Below are positions 27,761-38,107 of a DNA stretch of 64,000 nt, one piece after another. Position 1 is the first letter of the stretch, and each line of letters opens with the position of its first letter. The DNA is taken from the NCBI GenBank assembly GCA_964602845.1, contig CAZRSW010000001.1, positions 13,018 to 77,017 of the forward strand. Reading direction: 5' to 3'. The stretch comes from an uncultured Dehalococcoidia bacterium (GTDB lineage: Bacteria; Chloroflexota; Dehalococcoidia; Lucifugimonadales; UBA826). The translations under genes and the position numbers were made by a program. Below the pieces are notes generated by a model. It was not told the origin of the DNA. It made no database searches and worked only from the letters and a program-made list of their open reading frames with translations.

Positions 27761-28597
27761 GTGACTACTCAAACAAGTAAATCAACAAGGACTTTGACGC
27801 CTTATCAGGTCAAACGATACAGTCGTCATATCATAATGCCCCAGGTAGGTAGTATTGGGCAACGAAAGCTTTTGGATGCTAAAGTACTGATGGTTGGAGC
27901 AGGGGGATTGGGTTCCCCTATAACGATTTACCTGACATTGGCGGGTGTTGGTACAGTCGGAATTGTTGACTTTGATGATGTAGATGTAACGAATTTACAA
28001 AGGCAGATTTTGCACTACGATGGAGATATAGGTAAGCCGAAAGTCGAGTCTGCGTTGAGCACGTTGAAGTCGTATAATCCTGATACTAAGGTAAATATTC
28101 ATGAGGAACCGATTACTTCCATTAATGCCATGGAAGTAATGAGTGACTACGACATTATAGTTAATGGTGCAGATAACTTTCCTACCAGATATCTTGTTAA
28201 CGACGCCGCATATCTCTCGGGCAAACCGCTGGTTGATGGCAGCATACTTCTATTTGATGGTCAAGCTACTACCTATATACCAGGCCAGGGTTGTTACAGG
28301 TGTTTATTCCCGACTCCGCCACCTCCAGGAGAGGTGCCAAGCTGTGCAGAGGCCGGAGTGTTGGGTATGTTGCCTGGGATGGTTGGTACAATTCAAGCAA
28401 CGGAAACCGTGAAGCTTATTTTGGGAATTGGGGATTCTCTTTCAGGTAGATTGTTGATCATTGATGCTTTGAGTATGGAGTTTCGAACCGTGAAGATCAG
28501 GAGAAATGTGGATTGTCCATTATGCGGAGAATCTCCAACGATTAGCGAGCTGATTGACTATGAGGCATTTTGTGGGGGGGCCCAACTGACCGGATAG
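27761..28597 (+). CDS. moeB: ThiF/MoeB family adenylyltransferase (E1-like)
   Basis: 278 aa. RYSRHIIMPQVG, VLMVGAGGLGSP, and two CxxC pairs (CYRC, CPLC). GTG start. Confidence 0.8.
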   Translation: MTTQTSKSTRTLTPYQVKRYSRHIIMPQVGSIGQRKLLDAKVLMVGAGGLGSPITIYLTLAGVGTVGIVDFDDVDVTNLQRQILHYDGDIGKPKVESALSTLKSYNPDTKVNIHEEPITSINAMEVMSDYDIIVNGADNFPTRYLVNDAAYLSGKPLVDGSILLFDGQATTYIPGQGCYRCLFPTPPPPGEVPSCAEAGVLGMLPGMVGTIQATETVKLILGIGDSLSGRLLIIDALSMEFRTVKIRRNVDCPLCGESPTISELIDYEAFCGGAQLTG

Positions 28598-28714
28598 TTG
28601 CTCTAAAGAGGATCGAGTTATTTACTGTAGAACGAATCCTTAGTGTGAGTAGTCTGGTCGATTCAATGTAGCTGGGTCACTGTAAATTTCAGCTTAAATT
28701 AAGAGGTCTCCAAA

Positions 28715-29278
28715 TTGAAGATTTACACTAAGACTGGCGATGATGGAGAGACAGGGCTTTTTTTTGGCGGGAGAGTTCGAAAGAATGATTTGCACTGTGA
28801 GTCATATGGTGCAATTGACCAAGCAGTATCTGCTATGGGATTAGCCAGAGCTCTTTCGTCTGATGAAGAAGTCAGATCGGTTTTACTTGGGGTCCAGAAT
28901 CAGATGTTCACAGTTGGCGCTGAATTAGCTACGCTTGGCGAAAATTACCCGCAAATGAGAAAGCATTACAAGACCATATCTCCTGGCATGACAATGAGTC
29001 TTGAAGGTTTGATAGATAAGTTGTCTGAGGAAATCGACCTGCCTGATCAATTCATTGTTCCTGGAGCTACCAAGGGTTCTGCAGCATTGGATCTCGCGAG
29101 GTCAACCATAAGGTTCGCGGAAAGAAGGATAATCGACTTGGATGAGGCGGGCCTCTTGTTGAATAAAGAAATTTTAATTTTTATCAACAGATTGTCTGAT
29201 CTGATGTTTATACTGGCAAGATACGAGGACCGGAACGTACCGGTTGAGGTCATCACGGGTCAAAGAATAAATGAGTGA
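28715..29278 (+). CDS. PduO-type ATP:cob(I)alamin adenosyltransferase
   Basis: 187 aa. MKIYTKTGDDGETGLFFGGRVRKND is the PduO-type N-terminus. TTG start. 8-nt overlap with hisH. Confidence 0.85.
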   Translation: MKIYTKTGDDGETGLFFGGRVRKNDLHCESYGAIDQAVSAMGLARALSSDEEVRSVLLGVQNQMFTVGAELATLGENYPQMRKHYKTISPGMTMSLEGLIDKLSEEIDLPDQFIVPGATKGSAALDLARSTIRFAERRIIDLDEAGLLLNKEILIFINRLSDLMFILARYEDRNVPVEVITGQRINE

Positions 29279-29930
29279 CGGCCCATTTTCCAAGTTAAAG
29301 ATTGCGGTCTTGGATTACGAGGCAGGCAATTTGCGCAGTGTTCACAAGGCTTTGTTAAAGTGTGGTGCTTCAGCCGTAATCACTTCCAATCCCAAAGTCA
29401 TATCGGACTCCGACGGGCTTGTGTTTCCAGGCCAGGGCGCTTGCGATACATCCATGAGAAAACTTAGGGAGAAAGGATTAGACGAAAGTGTAAGAAAATA
29501 CATTGAGTCTGGAAAGCCATTCTTGGGCATTTGTCTTGGGCTACAGTTACTTTTAGAAGCATCAGATGAGGGAAACGAAAAAGGTTTGGGGGTTATAGAA
29601 GGACGAGTTAGGCGTTTGCCTCGGGGTGTCAAGATACCTCATATGGGTTGGAATCGAGTCGCATTTACGAATCTCCATCCGGTTTTCAGGGGCATTCCGG
29701 ACGAATCATATTTTTACTTTGTCCATAGCTATTACGCTGATCCTAAAGAAAACTCTGTCATTATTGGGAAGACAAATTACGGGTTGGAATTTTGTAGCGC
29801 TTTGGCATTGAAAAATGTTATTTCTGTACAGTTTCATCCTGAGAAAAGCGGTTATATGGGGCTTAAGTTATACAGCAATTTTTTAGGATTAATCGTATCA
29901 GGGGAACAGGTGGGTGAGAATTGGATTTAA
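29271..29930 (+). CDS. hisH: Imidazole glycerol phosphate synthase, glutaminase subunit
   Basis: 219 aa. KIAVLDYEAGNLRSV, GICLGLQLL catalytic Cys and VQFHPEKS motifs. Confidence 0.9.
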   Translation: MSDGPFSKLKIAVLDYEAGNLRSVHKALLKCGASAVITSNPKVISDSDGLVFPGQGACDTSMRKLREKGLDESVRKYIESGKPFLGICLGLQLLLEASDEGNEKGLGVIEGRVRRLPRGVKIPHMGWNRVAFTNLHPVFRGIPDESYFYFVHSYYADPKENSVIIGKTNYGLEFCSALALKNVISVQFHPEKSGYMGLKLYSNFLGLIVSGEQVGENWI

Positions 29931-30637
29931 TTCCTGCGGTAGATATTCGAGGTGGCAAATGCGTCAGGCTATACCAAGGTGATTATAGTCGAGAAACTGT
30001 TTTCGCCGAAGATCCCGTTGAAATGGCTATGAAGTGGGAGCAGGTTGGTTCTAAATATCTTCACGTTGTGGACTTGGATGGAGCTAGAGACGGAAGTATG
30101 ACAAATAGTAAAATCATCAAGCGAATATGCGCGGCCACAAGTTGTGAGGTGCAGGTTGGTGGAGGCATAAGGTCCGTTGAGGCTGCGCTAGAATATGTCG
30201 GACTTGGGGTAAGTAAGGTGATTTTGGGTACAGCTGTGGTGAGAGACCCAGGGATTGTTCGATCGTTCCTCTCGGAACTTGATAGTGATGCTATTGTAGT
30301 AAGTGTGGACTCCAAGGATGGACTCGTTTCTTCGGACGGGTGGGTAAATCAGACGAGTAAAGAGCCAATCGAATTCATAAATGAGATACAGTCAGTAGGG
30401 ATATGTAGATGCCTGTATACAGATATAAGTCGTGATGGCACATTAGAAGGGCCAAACTATGGGATTATCAAAGATCTAGTTTCTAGTGTCGACGTGAAGA
30501 TTATGGTGGCTGGTGGAATCGCCACGATTTCTCACCTTCGCGGATTGGACCAGATTGGAGTTGAAGCTGCCATTGTTGGTAGGGCGATCTATACAGGTGA
30601 TCTGGATCTTGAGTGGGCCTTAAATGAGTTAAAATGA
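29921..30637 (+). CDS. hisA: ProFAR isomerase
   Basis: 238 aa. LIPAVDIRGGKCVRLYQGDY motif. TTG start with 10-nt overlap with hisH. Confidence 0.9.
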   Translation: MDLIPAVDIRGGKCVRLYQGDYSRETVFAEDPVEMAMKWEQVGSKYLHVVDLDGARDGSMTNSKIIKRICAATSCEVQVGGGIRSVEAALEYVGLGVSKVILGTAVVRDPGIVRSFLSELDSDAIVVSVDSKDGLVSSDGWVNQTSKEPIEFINEIQSVGICRCLYTDISRDGTLEGPNYGIIKDLVSSVDVKIMVAGGIATISHLRGLDQIGVEAAIVGRAIYTGDLDLEWALNELK

Positions 30638-30667
30638 GAGTTTAAATTTTACTTTTGATACATCGGT

Positions 30668-31249
30668 ATGGTGAACGACATGGCAACTTCTAAGAATAGA
30701 AATGTAAAAAAAGTGGTTAAGGGAGATCGAGCCAGACTCGATGTTTATCAGGTGATGTCTCTATTACCTGTGAGCCCTTATCATGAAGTGGCGGATGTGG
30801 GCTGTAGTGTTGGAGATCTTTCAATTCCATTGGGAAAGTGCGTATATAGAGGAAATGTTACTGCACTTGATACGACAAAGAAAGATCTGACTGAAGCTCG
30901 AAGGAAACTCAAAGAGAACAGGCTCACCAATGTGCGAGTGAGGCATGTGGAAGATATATCTAAACTTAAACTAAAGGATAACAGTCTGGATGGTGCCCTG
31001 GCCGCTTTTTTATTTCAAGAATCTGATAGTCCAGAGGAAGTATTGAAAGATGTTGCCAGATGCCTAAAAAATGGGGGATGGTTGGCGATTATAGAGGCGA
31101 ATGTTGATAATGTTGAGGGCCAGACTGATGGGGGCGGCCAGAATGTGTCGCTTCAAGATTGTAGGCGAAGCGCTGAATCTGTGGGTTTTACGTTCTATAT
31201 GAGGCATAACTTGTCCAATACAGCGTACATGGTTTTATTTACTAGATAG
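30668..31249 (+). CDS. Class I SAM-dependent methyltransferase
   Basis: 193 aa. [12 protein letters not shown] (motif I) and [11 protein letters not shown] (post-II/III). Inserted between hisA and hisF. Confidence 0.7.
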   Translation: MVNDMATSKNRNVKKVVKGDRARLDVYQVMSLLPVSPYHEVADVGCSVGDLSIPLGKCVYRGNVTALDTTKKDLTEARRKLKENRLTNVRVRHVEDISKLKLKDNSLDGALAAFLFQESDSPEEVLKDVARCLKNGGWLAIIEANVDNVEGQTDGGGQNVSLQDCRRSAESVGFTFYMRHNLSNTAYMVLFTR

Positions 31250-31272
31250 GGTATATATGCCCAGAGCTTAAT

Positions 31273-32100
31273 ATGCTAACAAAAAGAGTAATACCTTGTT
31301 TGGATGTCGATAATGGCAGGGTAGTAAAAGGAATAAGTTTTGTGCATCTGCGAGATGCCGGAGACCCGGTTGAGTTGGCAAAGTACTATGATGAACAAGG
31401 CGCAGACGAGTTGGTATTTCTGGATATAACTGCTTCGTCGGATGCTAGGGATATAATGAGAAATTTGGTAGAGGAGGTATCTGAGCAAGTATTTATTCCT
31501 CTCACGGTGGGAGGTGGCCTCAGGAATATTTCTGATCTTCGCATGATTCTAGAATCAGGTGCTGATAAAGTTTCCATAAATACGGCGGCACTTGTCGAAT
31601 CAGAATTGGTCACGGAGGCGTCACATTATTTTGGTGCACAATGTATTGTGGTAGCAATCGATGCTAAGAAGATTGATATTCAGGGTAATCGTAGGAGTTT
31701 TCATATTAGGGGAAATCTGAAAGGTACAGAAATAGACGCTAATTCCAAATGGGAGGTCTATTCTCATGGGGGAAGGGAGCCAACAGGTGTTGATGCCGTA
31801 AAATGGGCGAATAAAGTTGTGGAATTGGGTGCTGGTGAGCTTTTAATAACCAGTATGGATCAGGATGGCCATCAAAATGGCTATGATACTGAGTTGCTGT
31901 CAGAAATTTCAGAAACTGTCGCTGTCCCAGTTATTGCGAGTGGTGGAGCGGGCTCTCTTGATCATCTGCGGCAAGCTATTGAATTCGGGAAGGCTGATGC
32001 TGTCCTTGCAGCAAGCATATTTCACTATGGGACTTTTACCATAAAAGAAGTTAAAGAATACTTGAGTCATTCAGGAATCCCAATAAGGATAGTTACTTGA
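31273..32100 (+). CDS. hisF: Imidazole glycerol phosphate synthase, cyclase subunit
   Basis: 275 aa. [22 protein letters not shown] and ASGGAG motifs. Confidence 0.9.
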   Translation: MLTKRVIPCLDVDNGRVVKGISFVHLRDAGDPVELAKYYDEQGADELVFLDITASSDARDIMRNLVEEVSEQVFIPLTVGGGLRNISDLRMILESGADKVSINTAALVESELVTEASHYFGAQCIVVAIDAKKIDIQGNRRSFHIRGNLKGTEIDANSKWEVYSHGGREPTGVDAVKWANKVVELGAGELLITSMDQDGHQNGYDTELLSEISETVAVPVIASGGAGSLDHLRQAIEFGKADAVLAASIFHYGTFTIKEVKEYLSHSGIPIRIVT

Positions 32101-32769
32101 ATGACCAATCTTATAGACTATGGGGGATTAATAATGAATCAGATTCAATTAGATGAGAATGGTCTTGTACCCGCTATCGCCCAACATGCTGAATCTGGGG
32201 AAGTATTAATGCTTGGCTACATGAATCCTGGCTCATTATCTAGGACACTCGAAAGTGGAGAAGTATGGTTCTACAGTCGCAGTCGATCTGACCTTTGGCA
32301 CAAAGGGGAGATGTCTGGTAGTTTTTTGAAAGTGGAATCGACTTATGTAGACTGCGATGGAGACACAATACTACTTAAGGTTATGCCGAGCGGGCCAGTA
32401 TGTCATACAGGCGAAGAGAACTGTTTCTCTACGCCATTACCAGAGGATTTTGAATTTACCCGGAAAGATTACTCTGCTGGTGTTTTGGAAGATTTGTTTG
32501 CGTTGATTCAAGATAGGAAAAATACTCTTCGTGCTGATAGTTACACCTGCGATCTATTCGAAAAGGGTGTGCCACGTATTGCCCAAAAAGTCATAGAGGA
32601 AGCTGGTGAATCCTCTATAGCGGCGCTGACTGGGCGAAATGATCAATTGTCTAATGAAATGGCTGACCTTTTTTACCATTGCCTGGTTTTACTTTCAGCT
32701 TGCGACATCGCCCCACAGAATGTGTGGCAAGTGCTGAGAGACAGGATGTCGAATACGTTAACCGATTAG
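32101..32769 (+). CDS. hisIE: Bifunctional phosphoribosyl-AMP cyclohydrolase / phosphoribosyl-ATP pyrophosphatase
   Basis: GLVPAIAQHAESGEVLMLGYMN (HisI) plus a C-terminal HisE helix bundle (EMADLFYHCLVLL). The start is 32101 or ATG 32134. Confidence 0.85.
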   Translation: MTNLIDYGGLIMNQIQLDENGLVPAIAQHAESGEVLMLGYMNPGSLSRTLESGEVWFYSRSRSDLWHKGEMSGSFLKVESTYVDCDGDTILLKVMPSGPVCHTGEENCFSTPLPEDFEFTRKDYSAGVLEDLFALIQDRKNTLRADSYTCDLFEKGVPRIAQKVIEEAGESSIAALTGRNDQLSNEMADLFYHCLVLLSACDIAPQNVWQVLRDRMSNTLTD

Positions 32770-33674
32770 TTTGATATGATTTGAGCCTTGACAGAGGATC
32801 CATCTGCGTCTAGAGCGGCGTTCATGGCTGTTGTGGCCACCTCAATTTGCATATTATCAGGTTGTTTGGTCGTCAAAGCTTGAAGTGCTAGGTTAGGTAA
32901 CGATATTGCCTTGACAAGCACGTTATCCGAATATTTCCCACTTATACGAATAAATTCATAGCTTATCCCAGCTATCAAGGGTATTAGTATTATGCGAGAG
33001 GATATCAGCCATGTTAAATGATGTAGATTCTCAGGTTCCCGAGGGACAAGTGTGAAAGTGATAATTGAGACCACCATTACGGTTAGCAGGAATGCTGTTC
33101 CGCACCGGGGATGTGCTTTTGAGTACTTGCGAATTGTCTCAGGGTTGAGCATGTCCCCGTGTTCTACAGCATGAACTGTCATGTGCTCTGCGCCATGGTA
33201 CATAAAGACTCGACGTATGTCTTTAGTGAGACCTATAAGCAATATGTAAGCGATGAATATTAATAAACGAAATATACCTTCAACCAGATTGCTTATCAGA
33301 TCAGCCCCCATAATTCCTTCAAAGGGTCTGCTTAAAAATAAAGGGAGCATGAAAAAGAGTGCAACAGATAACAGGAGGGAGAACGTTATCATGATGGCCA
33401 TTGAAACATTCCCTACTTCCTCTCCTTCTTCCGCGCTAACGTTGGCTGAGAATCCGAGCGAATCCATTCCAATGATTAGAGTTTCGGCGAGGGCCAAGCA
33501 TCCTCTGAGTATTGGTATCTTTCTACTAGCACCTGAAAAAATCTTACTTACCGGTTTGGTACGTACAACAATTTCGCCTGAAGGAGATCGTACAGCTACA
33601 GCCACGTTTTTCTGGCCGCGTATCATGACGCCTTCAATCACGGCTTGCCCCCCGTATGTGTGGGCGTTTTTCAC
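32766..33674 (-). CDS. DUF1385 family membrane protein
   Basis: 302 aa. YGGQAVIEGVMIRG N-terminus, YHGAEH motif and several TM segments. GTG start. Confidence 0.75.
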   Translation of the reverse strand: MKNAHTYGGQAVIEGVMIRGQKNVAVAVRSPSGEIVVRTKPVSKIFSGASRKIPILRGCLALAETLIIGMDSLGFSANVSAEEGEEVGNVSMAIMITFSLLLSVALFFMLPLFLSRPFEGIMGADLISNLVEGIFRLLIFIAYILLIGLTKDIRRVFMYHGAEHMTVHAVEHGDMLNPETIRKYSKAHPRCGTAFLLTVMVVSIITFTLVPREPENLHHLTWLISSRIILIPLIAGISYEFIRISGKYSDNVLVKAISLPNLALQALTTKQPDNMQIEVATTAMNAALDADGSSVKAQIISN

Positions 33675-33698
33675 GAACGTGCTGGGTTATATATGCCT

Positions 33699-33729
33699 AA
33701 AAAATTGGGTGTCAGGAAGGCCATCACCC
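33699..33729 (-). terminator. Weak candidate intrinsic terminator after rpmE
   Basis: The minus strand reads AAAAGGGTG-(13 nt)-CACCCAATTTTTT. The stem is only 5 bp with a large loop. Confidence 0.3.
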
Positions 33730-33751
33730 TTTTGAGCATCTTCATCCTTAT

Positions 33752-33958
33752 CTATTCTTCCAGCTTGAAGCGTCTTCTCAGCCTTTCGACACGACCTTCT
33801 GTGTCTACGATGCGCTGCTCCCCGGTGAAAAACGGATGGCATTTAGAGCATATTTCGACGCTTAACTCCGACTTGGATGAACCCGTAACAAAGTTATTAC
33901 CACATGAACATGTTACCTGTGCAGTGGGGAAGTATTCTGGGTGTATTTCTGGTTTCAT
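33752..33958 (-). CDS. rpmE: 50S ribosomal protein L31 (Zn-ribbon type)
   Basis: 68 aa. MKPEIHPEY ... CSCGNNF ... [10 protein letters not shown]. Confidence 0.95.
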   Translation of the reverse strand: MKPEIHPEYFPTAQVTCSCGNNFVTGSSKSELSVEICSKCHPFFTGEQRIVDTEGRVERLRRRFKLEE

Positions 33959-33962
33959 CGTA

Positions 33963-34223
33963 TTAATTTTCTATAGGGTAGACGCTTGCGCATTTTCGAC
34001 CGCTACTAGCGAATTCATATTTCACGGTGCCATCGATAAGTGCGAAAAGTGTGTGGTCTTTTCCAACGCCGACGTTCTGTCCGGGGCGTATCTTGGTGCC
34101 TCTTTGTCGGACTAGTATGGAGCCTGATGACACTAATTCGGTGTCGTATTTTTTGACGCCAAGCCGTTTGGCATTGCTATCTCGCCCATTGCGAGTGCTC
34201 CCTCCACCTTTTTTGTGAGCCAT
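33963..34223 (-). CDS. rpmA: 50S ribosomal protein L27
   Basis: 86 aa. [24 protein letters not shown]. Confidence 0.95.
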   Translation of the reverse strand: MAHKKGGGSTRNGRDSNAKRLGVKKYDTELVSSGSILVRQRGTKIRPGQNVGVGKDHTLFALIDGTVKYEFASSGRKCASVYPIEN

Positions 34224-34226
34224 ATT

Positions 34227-34556
34227 CTATTCCTCATCCTCTTTTGTTATGCTACTTACTCGAAGGTCAGTATAATTTTGTCGATGGCCGTTCTTTTTCC
34301 GGTATCTTGTTTTGGCCTTGTATTTGAAAACTATGACCTTTTTTGCCTTGCCCTTACTGACAACCTGGGCTGAGACCGAGGCGCCCTTTACATTGGGGCC
34401 TCCCAAAGTTACAACCCCATCCAACGATAGTAACTTGACTGTGTCTATTTCCAAGGTGTCCCCTTCATCTCCTGGGAGCGATTCCACTCTTATGGTATCG
34501 CCTTCTGTTACACCATACTGTTTGCCACCGCATTCTATTATTGCGAAATTAGACAT
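34227..34556 (-). CDS. rplU: 50S ribosomal protein L21
   Basis: 109 aa. FAIIECGGKQYGV ... KVIVFKYKAKTRYRKKNGHRQ. Confidence 0.95.
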   Translation of the reverse strand: MSNFAIIECGGKQYGVTEGDTIRVESLPGDEGDTLEIDTVKLLSLDGVVTLGGPNVKGASVSAQVVSKGKAKKVIVFKYKAKTRYRKKNGHRQNYTDLRVSSITKEDEE

Positions 34557-34598
34557 TTACCTTCCCGCTATAAACCGATTTGTCCCCACAAAGCTCTC

Positions 34599-34628
34599 AT
34601 TTTAACTATTGAGATGGTATATAGTCAA
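34599..34628 (-). promoter_or_regulatory. Candidate sigma-70-type promoter of rplU-rpmA-rpmE
   Basis: The minus strand reads TTGACT, an 18-nt spacer, then TAAAAT, about 40 nt upstream of the rplU ATG. Confidence 0.4.
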
Positions 34629-34646
34629 CTGAAATTAGTGAAAATT

Positions 34647-35543
34647 TTAGCTGCAGAAAACTTTTTTGGGTTGCCATTCGTTTGTGTTGCAGGTTTGTTT
34701 TAATATCGCGACAAACTTTCCGTCGTTTTGGTATGCTCTCACTAGAGAGTCCTTGTTCATTTCTCCGGTGATCTTGTCATTAATGATTTTTCGACCATGT
34801 CTTATCAAGTCGATCTGATAACTGTCCAGTTGCATTTTAGGGAACTCGGGAATGCATAGATCCGCGTCCAACACTACTTTTTGAGGATCTCCAATGCTTA
34901 AGCACTGTAAAGCGTATTCTAAGGGCACAGCATCTTTTAGTATGAATGGGCCGGCTTTTGTACGCCTTAATTCGCTTAAATGGGCTCCGCAGCCAAGCAT
35001 TTCACCTAGATCATGCGCCAGGGATCTTACATAGAAACCTTTGCCGCATGTGATGATCGTAGTAATGTAAGGAGATTCGAAACTAACCAAGGTGATGTCG
35101 TGCAAAATCGCTGGTCTCTTTTTCTGTTGAATGGGGACTCCTTTCCTTGCCATATCGTACATCCTCCTACCATTCAGTTTTAACGCACTATATTTTGGGA
35201 CAGATTGCAGTATGTTATCTTTAAGATTTTGCAGCGCAAATACTACCTCTGTTATGCCAACGTGCGAATAATCTTGAACGGAGGTTGTTACGCCCTCAGT
35301 GTCATAGGTATCTGTACAAATTCCAAGTTCAATAACGGCTCTATAACTTTTGTCCCCCATTAAAATATACTCTAGCAGACGTGTTCCTAATCCTAAGGCG
35401 ACTGGAATCACACCGGTTGCAGCGGGGTCTAGGGTGCCTCCGTGACCGGCTTTTCGGAGATTGGCGGCCCTCTTAACTTTTCGTACTACATCCATGGATG
35501 TTAATCCGCGAGGTTTATCTATGTTGATGACACCATTGATCAT
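34647..35543 (-). CDS. truB: tRNA pseudouridine(55) synthase
   Basis: 298 aa. GVINIDKPRGLTSMDVV and GHGGTLDPAATGV motifs. Confidence 0.9.
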   Translation of the reverse strand: MINGVINIDKPRGLTSMDVVRKVKRAANLRKAGHGGTLDPAATGVIPVALGLGTRLLEYILMGDKSYRAVIELGICTDTYDTEGVTTSVQDYSHVGITEVVFALQNLKDNILQSVPKYSALKLNGRRMYDMARKGVPIQQKKRPAILHDITLVSFESPYITTIITCGKGFYVRSLAHDLGEMLGCGAHLSELRRTKAGPFILKDAVPLEYALQCLSIGDPQKVVLDADLCIPEFPKMQLDSYQIDLIRHGRKIINDKITGEMNKDSLVRAYQNDGKFVAILKQTCNTNEWQPKKVFCS

Positions 35544-35920
35544 AGTCTTTCAACATTCTCATCATCTTGCGGAATATTGATGGATTCGAGAATTCCCATG
35601 ATATGTCTTGCATGGTCATATGAATCATCTAGTACGAATCTGAGTTTTGGCACGTTCCTTATATCAATATTTGCCCTTAATTGCCTATGTATGAATCCAG
35701 CCGCAGAATTGAGGGCAACTATGGATTTGGAACGCTCTTCATGACTTCCTATAATGCTGACGAGGACGGTGGCATATCTCAGATCTTTACTTCCTTTTAC
35801 AGAAGTGATCGTGGTAAGGTCAGACAATCTAGGATCTTTCACCTTGGAAAGAACGATTTCGCTTATCTCTTTACGCAACAACGAGTTTACGCTGTTCATC
35901 CTGTTTGGAGCGTTTGGCAT
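35540..35920 (-). CDS. rbfA: Ribosome-binding factor A
   Basis: 126 aa. Lies in the infB-rbfA-truB context, with a KDPRLS..TTITSV and KLRF pattern. 4-nt overlap with truB. Confidence 0.85.
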   Translation of the reverse strand: MPNAPNRMNSVNSLLRKEISEIVLSKVKDPRLSDLTTITSVKGSKDLRYATVLVSIIGSHEERSKSIVALNSAAGFIHRQLRANIDIRNVPKLRFVLDDSYDHARHIMGILESINIPQDDENVERL

Positions 35921-35985
35921 AACTCTATAAATTTCTATTTACTTGCCTAGCAAAAATACCCAATATAGCTTAGGGAGATCCTTGA

Positions 35986-37761
35986 TTAAACTTCTGTCTT
36001 GATATATGCCTCAAGCACATCATCTTCTTCAAAACCGTCGAACCCATCTATGGTTAATCCGGCTTCAAAACCGTTTGACACTTCTCGAACATCGTCATTG
36101 AAATGTCTTAAAGTTGATATGGGTCCCACAAATATCTCATCTCCATTTCTTAAGACGTGAATGCTAGATCCCCGTCCGATAGTTCCATCATTTACATAAA
36201 TCCCTGCGATTTTGCCATGTTTCCCGATATTAAATGTTGCTCTAACAGATGCTCTTCCGGTGAAAACTTCCTCTAGGGTTGGTTGCAGCATACCGTCCAA
36301 GGCGTTTTTTATATCGTCTGCTAGCTGGTAAATAATCTTGTATGATCTGATCTCTATCCCTTCCTGTTTTGCTAATGATTCTGCACCACCTTCAGGGCCG
36401 GAGTTGAAACCTATCACTATTGCATCGGATGCCACGGCGAGTAATATATCCCTTTCGGTGATACTCCCGCTAGCTATATGAATGATATTAACCTTAGTGT
36501 CGTCCGTATTAAGATCATTAAGGATATTTCTTATGGCTTCTATGGTGCCTTGTACGTCGGTCTTGATGATGAGATTTACCGATCTTATTTCCCCCAGCTG
36601 TGCTCTGATGTGTACATCCTGTAGAGAAGCCGTATCGTTGTTCTTGATCGTTTTTCTAAATACATCTATCGCTTGACGAGCAGATTTTTCATCGTCAGCG
36701 ATTCCAAATATACTGCCGGCCTCGGGCACATCATCGATTCCCATAATTTCTGCTGGTGTAGACGGGCCTGCGGTCGCGATTTGGTTTCCGTTGTAGTCAA
36801 ACATTGCACGTATTCGCCCATGAATTTCCCCCAAGACTACGATATCACCTTTGCGTAGAGTTCCTGTCTGAACCAACACTGTGGCGATCGATCCTCTACT
36901 TTTGTCTCTCCGTGCTTCTACGACAACCCCCTTGGCTTTCCGTTTTGGATTAGCTCGTAGTTCACTAATTTCTGCTACTAGTATTACGCTCTCTAGGAGC
37001 TGTTCCACTCCTTCACCTGTGATCCCCGAGAGTGGCACGGCTATTGTTTCTCCGCCCCATTCTTCAATTAACAAATTTTGTTCTGATAATTGGCGATTTA
37101 CTCTTTCTATATCGGCACCTGGAACATCTTTCTTTGTGATTGCCACTATGATGGGCACATTCGCTGCCCTTGCATGGTCTATGGCTTCTATAGTTTGTGG
37201 CATCAGGCCGTCGTCAGCTGCGATGACTACTATAGCAATGTCTGTGATTTGTGCTCCTCTCACCCTCATCGCAGTGAACGCCTCGTGGCCAGGGGTATCT
37301 AGGAAGGTGATTGGAGTATCGTTGAATATGGTTTGGTAAGCACCTATATGTTGAGTGATACCTCCAGATTCATCGTCCACAACATTAGTATCTCTTATGT
37401 TGTCTAAAAGGGTAGTTTTGCCATGGTCAACATGACCTAAGACCGTTACTACTGGTGCCCTTGTTTGCAAGTCCGCAGGATCTTCTCCATCGGTATTTAC
37501 AGTTAGAGATGTGGCAGGGGTTACGGATTCCCCGACTGGCCTCGCCTGGAATCCAAAAATCTGAGCTACTATAGCTGCGATTTCGTATTCGATCACATCA
37601 TTTACAGAGAACATATATCCACCCCTCATTAGTCCCTTGACTACTTCCACGGCCCCAACCTTCATCATGTCAGCTAGATCACCAACTGTTATTGCGTCTG
37701 GAAGATCAAGTAAGGCATGTTCTCTTCGGCCTGTAGAGGTACGTACAATCTCTTCGGTCAT
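35986..37761 (-). CDS. infB: Translation initiation factor IF-2 (short form)
   Basis: 591 aa. GHVDHGKTTLLD, DTPGHEAF and AITKKD GTPase motifs. Only a short N-terminal domain. Confidence 0.95.
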   Translation of the reverse strand: MTEEIVRTSTGRREHALLDLPDAITVGDLADMMKVGAVEVVKGLMRGGYMFSVNDVIEYEIAAIVAQIFGFQARPVGESVTPATSLTVNTDGEDPADLQTRAPVVTVLGHVDHGKTTLLDNIRDTNVVDDESGGITQHIGAYQTIFNDTPITFLDTPGHEAFTAMRVRGAQITDIAIVVIAADDGLMPQTIEAIDHARAANVPIIVAITKKDVPGADIERVNRQLSEQNLLIEEWGGETIAVPLSGITGEGVEQLLESVILVAEISELRANPKRKAKGVVVEARRDKSRGSIATVLVQTGTLRKGDIVVLGEIHGRIRAMFDYNGNQIATAGPSTPAEIMGIDDVPEAGSIFGIADDEKSARQAIDVFRKTIKNNDTASLQDVHIRAQLGEIRSVNLIIKTDVQGTIEAIRNILNDLNTDDTKVNIIHIASGSITERDILLAVASDAIVIGFNSGPEGGAESLAKQEGIEIRSYKIIYQLADDIKNALDGMLQPTLEEVFTGRASVRATFNIGKHGKIAGIYVNDGTIGRGSSIHVLRNGDEIFVGPISTLRHFNDDVREVSNGFEAGLTIDGFDGFEEDDVLEAYIKTEV

Positions 37762-37805
37762 AATTCCCCCTTCCTCAAACTAACGCAATTTGATTCACTG
37801 CAGTT

Positions 37806-38066
37806 CTATTTTTGTTGATGCTTTTCCAATAATACTGCAAAGTCCTTCCATTGAGCATCGCTTATGATTATTCTTAAAGCTCGCTCAAACTTAGACTTTT
37901 GTATTATTGCCATATCCGAACCCACACAAAAGTCCTCACAAACATAGGTGCCCCTTCCAGGAGACTTGCCTGATTTGTCAAGAGTGATACCTAGGCTTAT
38001 GTCTGCAGTTATTCTTAAGAGTTTTCTCTTATCAACCCTGTTGTCACACCTGACGCAGCTTCGCAA
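37806..38066 (-). CDS. ylxR: YlxR/DUF448 RNA-binding protein
   Basis: 86 aa. RSCVRC ... KRKLLRI ... GKSPGRGTYVC. Lies between nusA and infB. TTG start. Confidence 0.85.
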   Translation of the reverse strand: MRSCVRCDNRVDKRKLLRITADISLGITLDKSGKSPGRGTYVCEDFCVGSDMAIIQKSKFERALRIIISDAQWKDFAVLLEKHQQK

Positions 38067-38107
38067 TGATACTTTTGATATTTCAAATCACCGAATTTAC
38101 ACTGATA

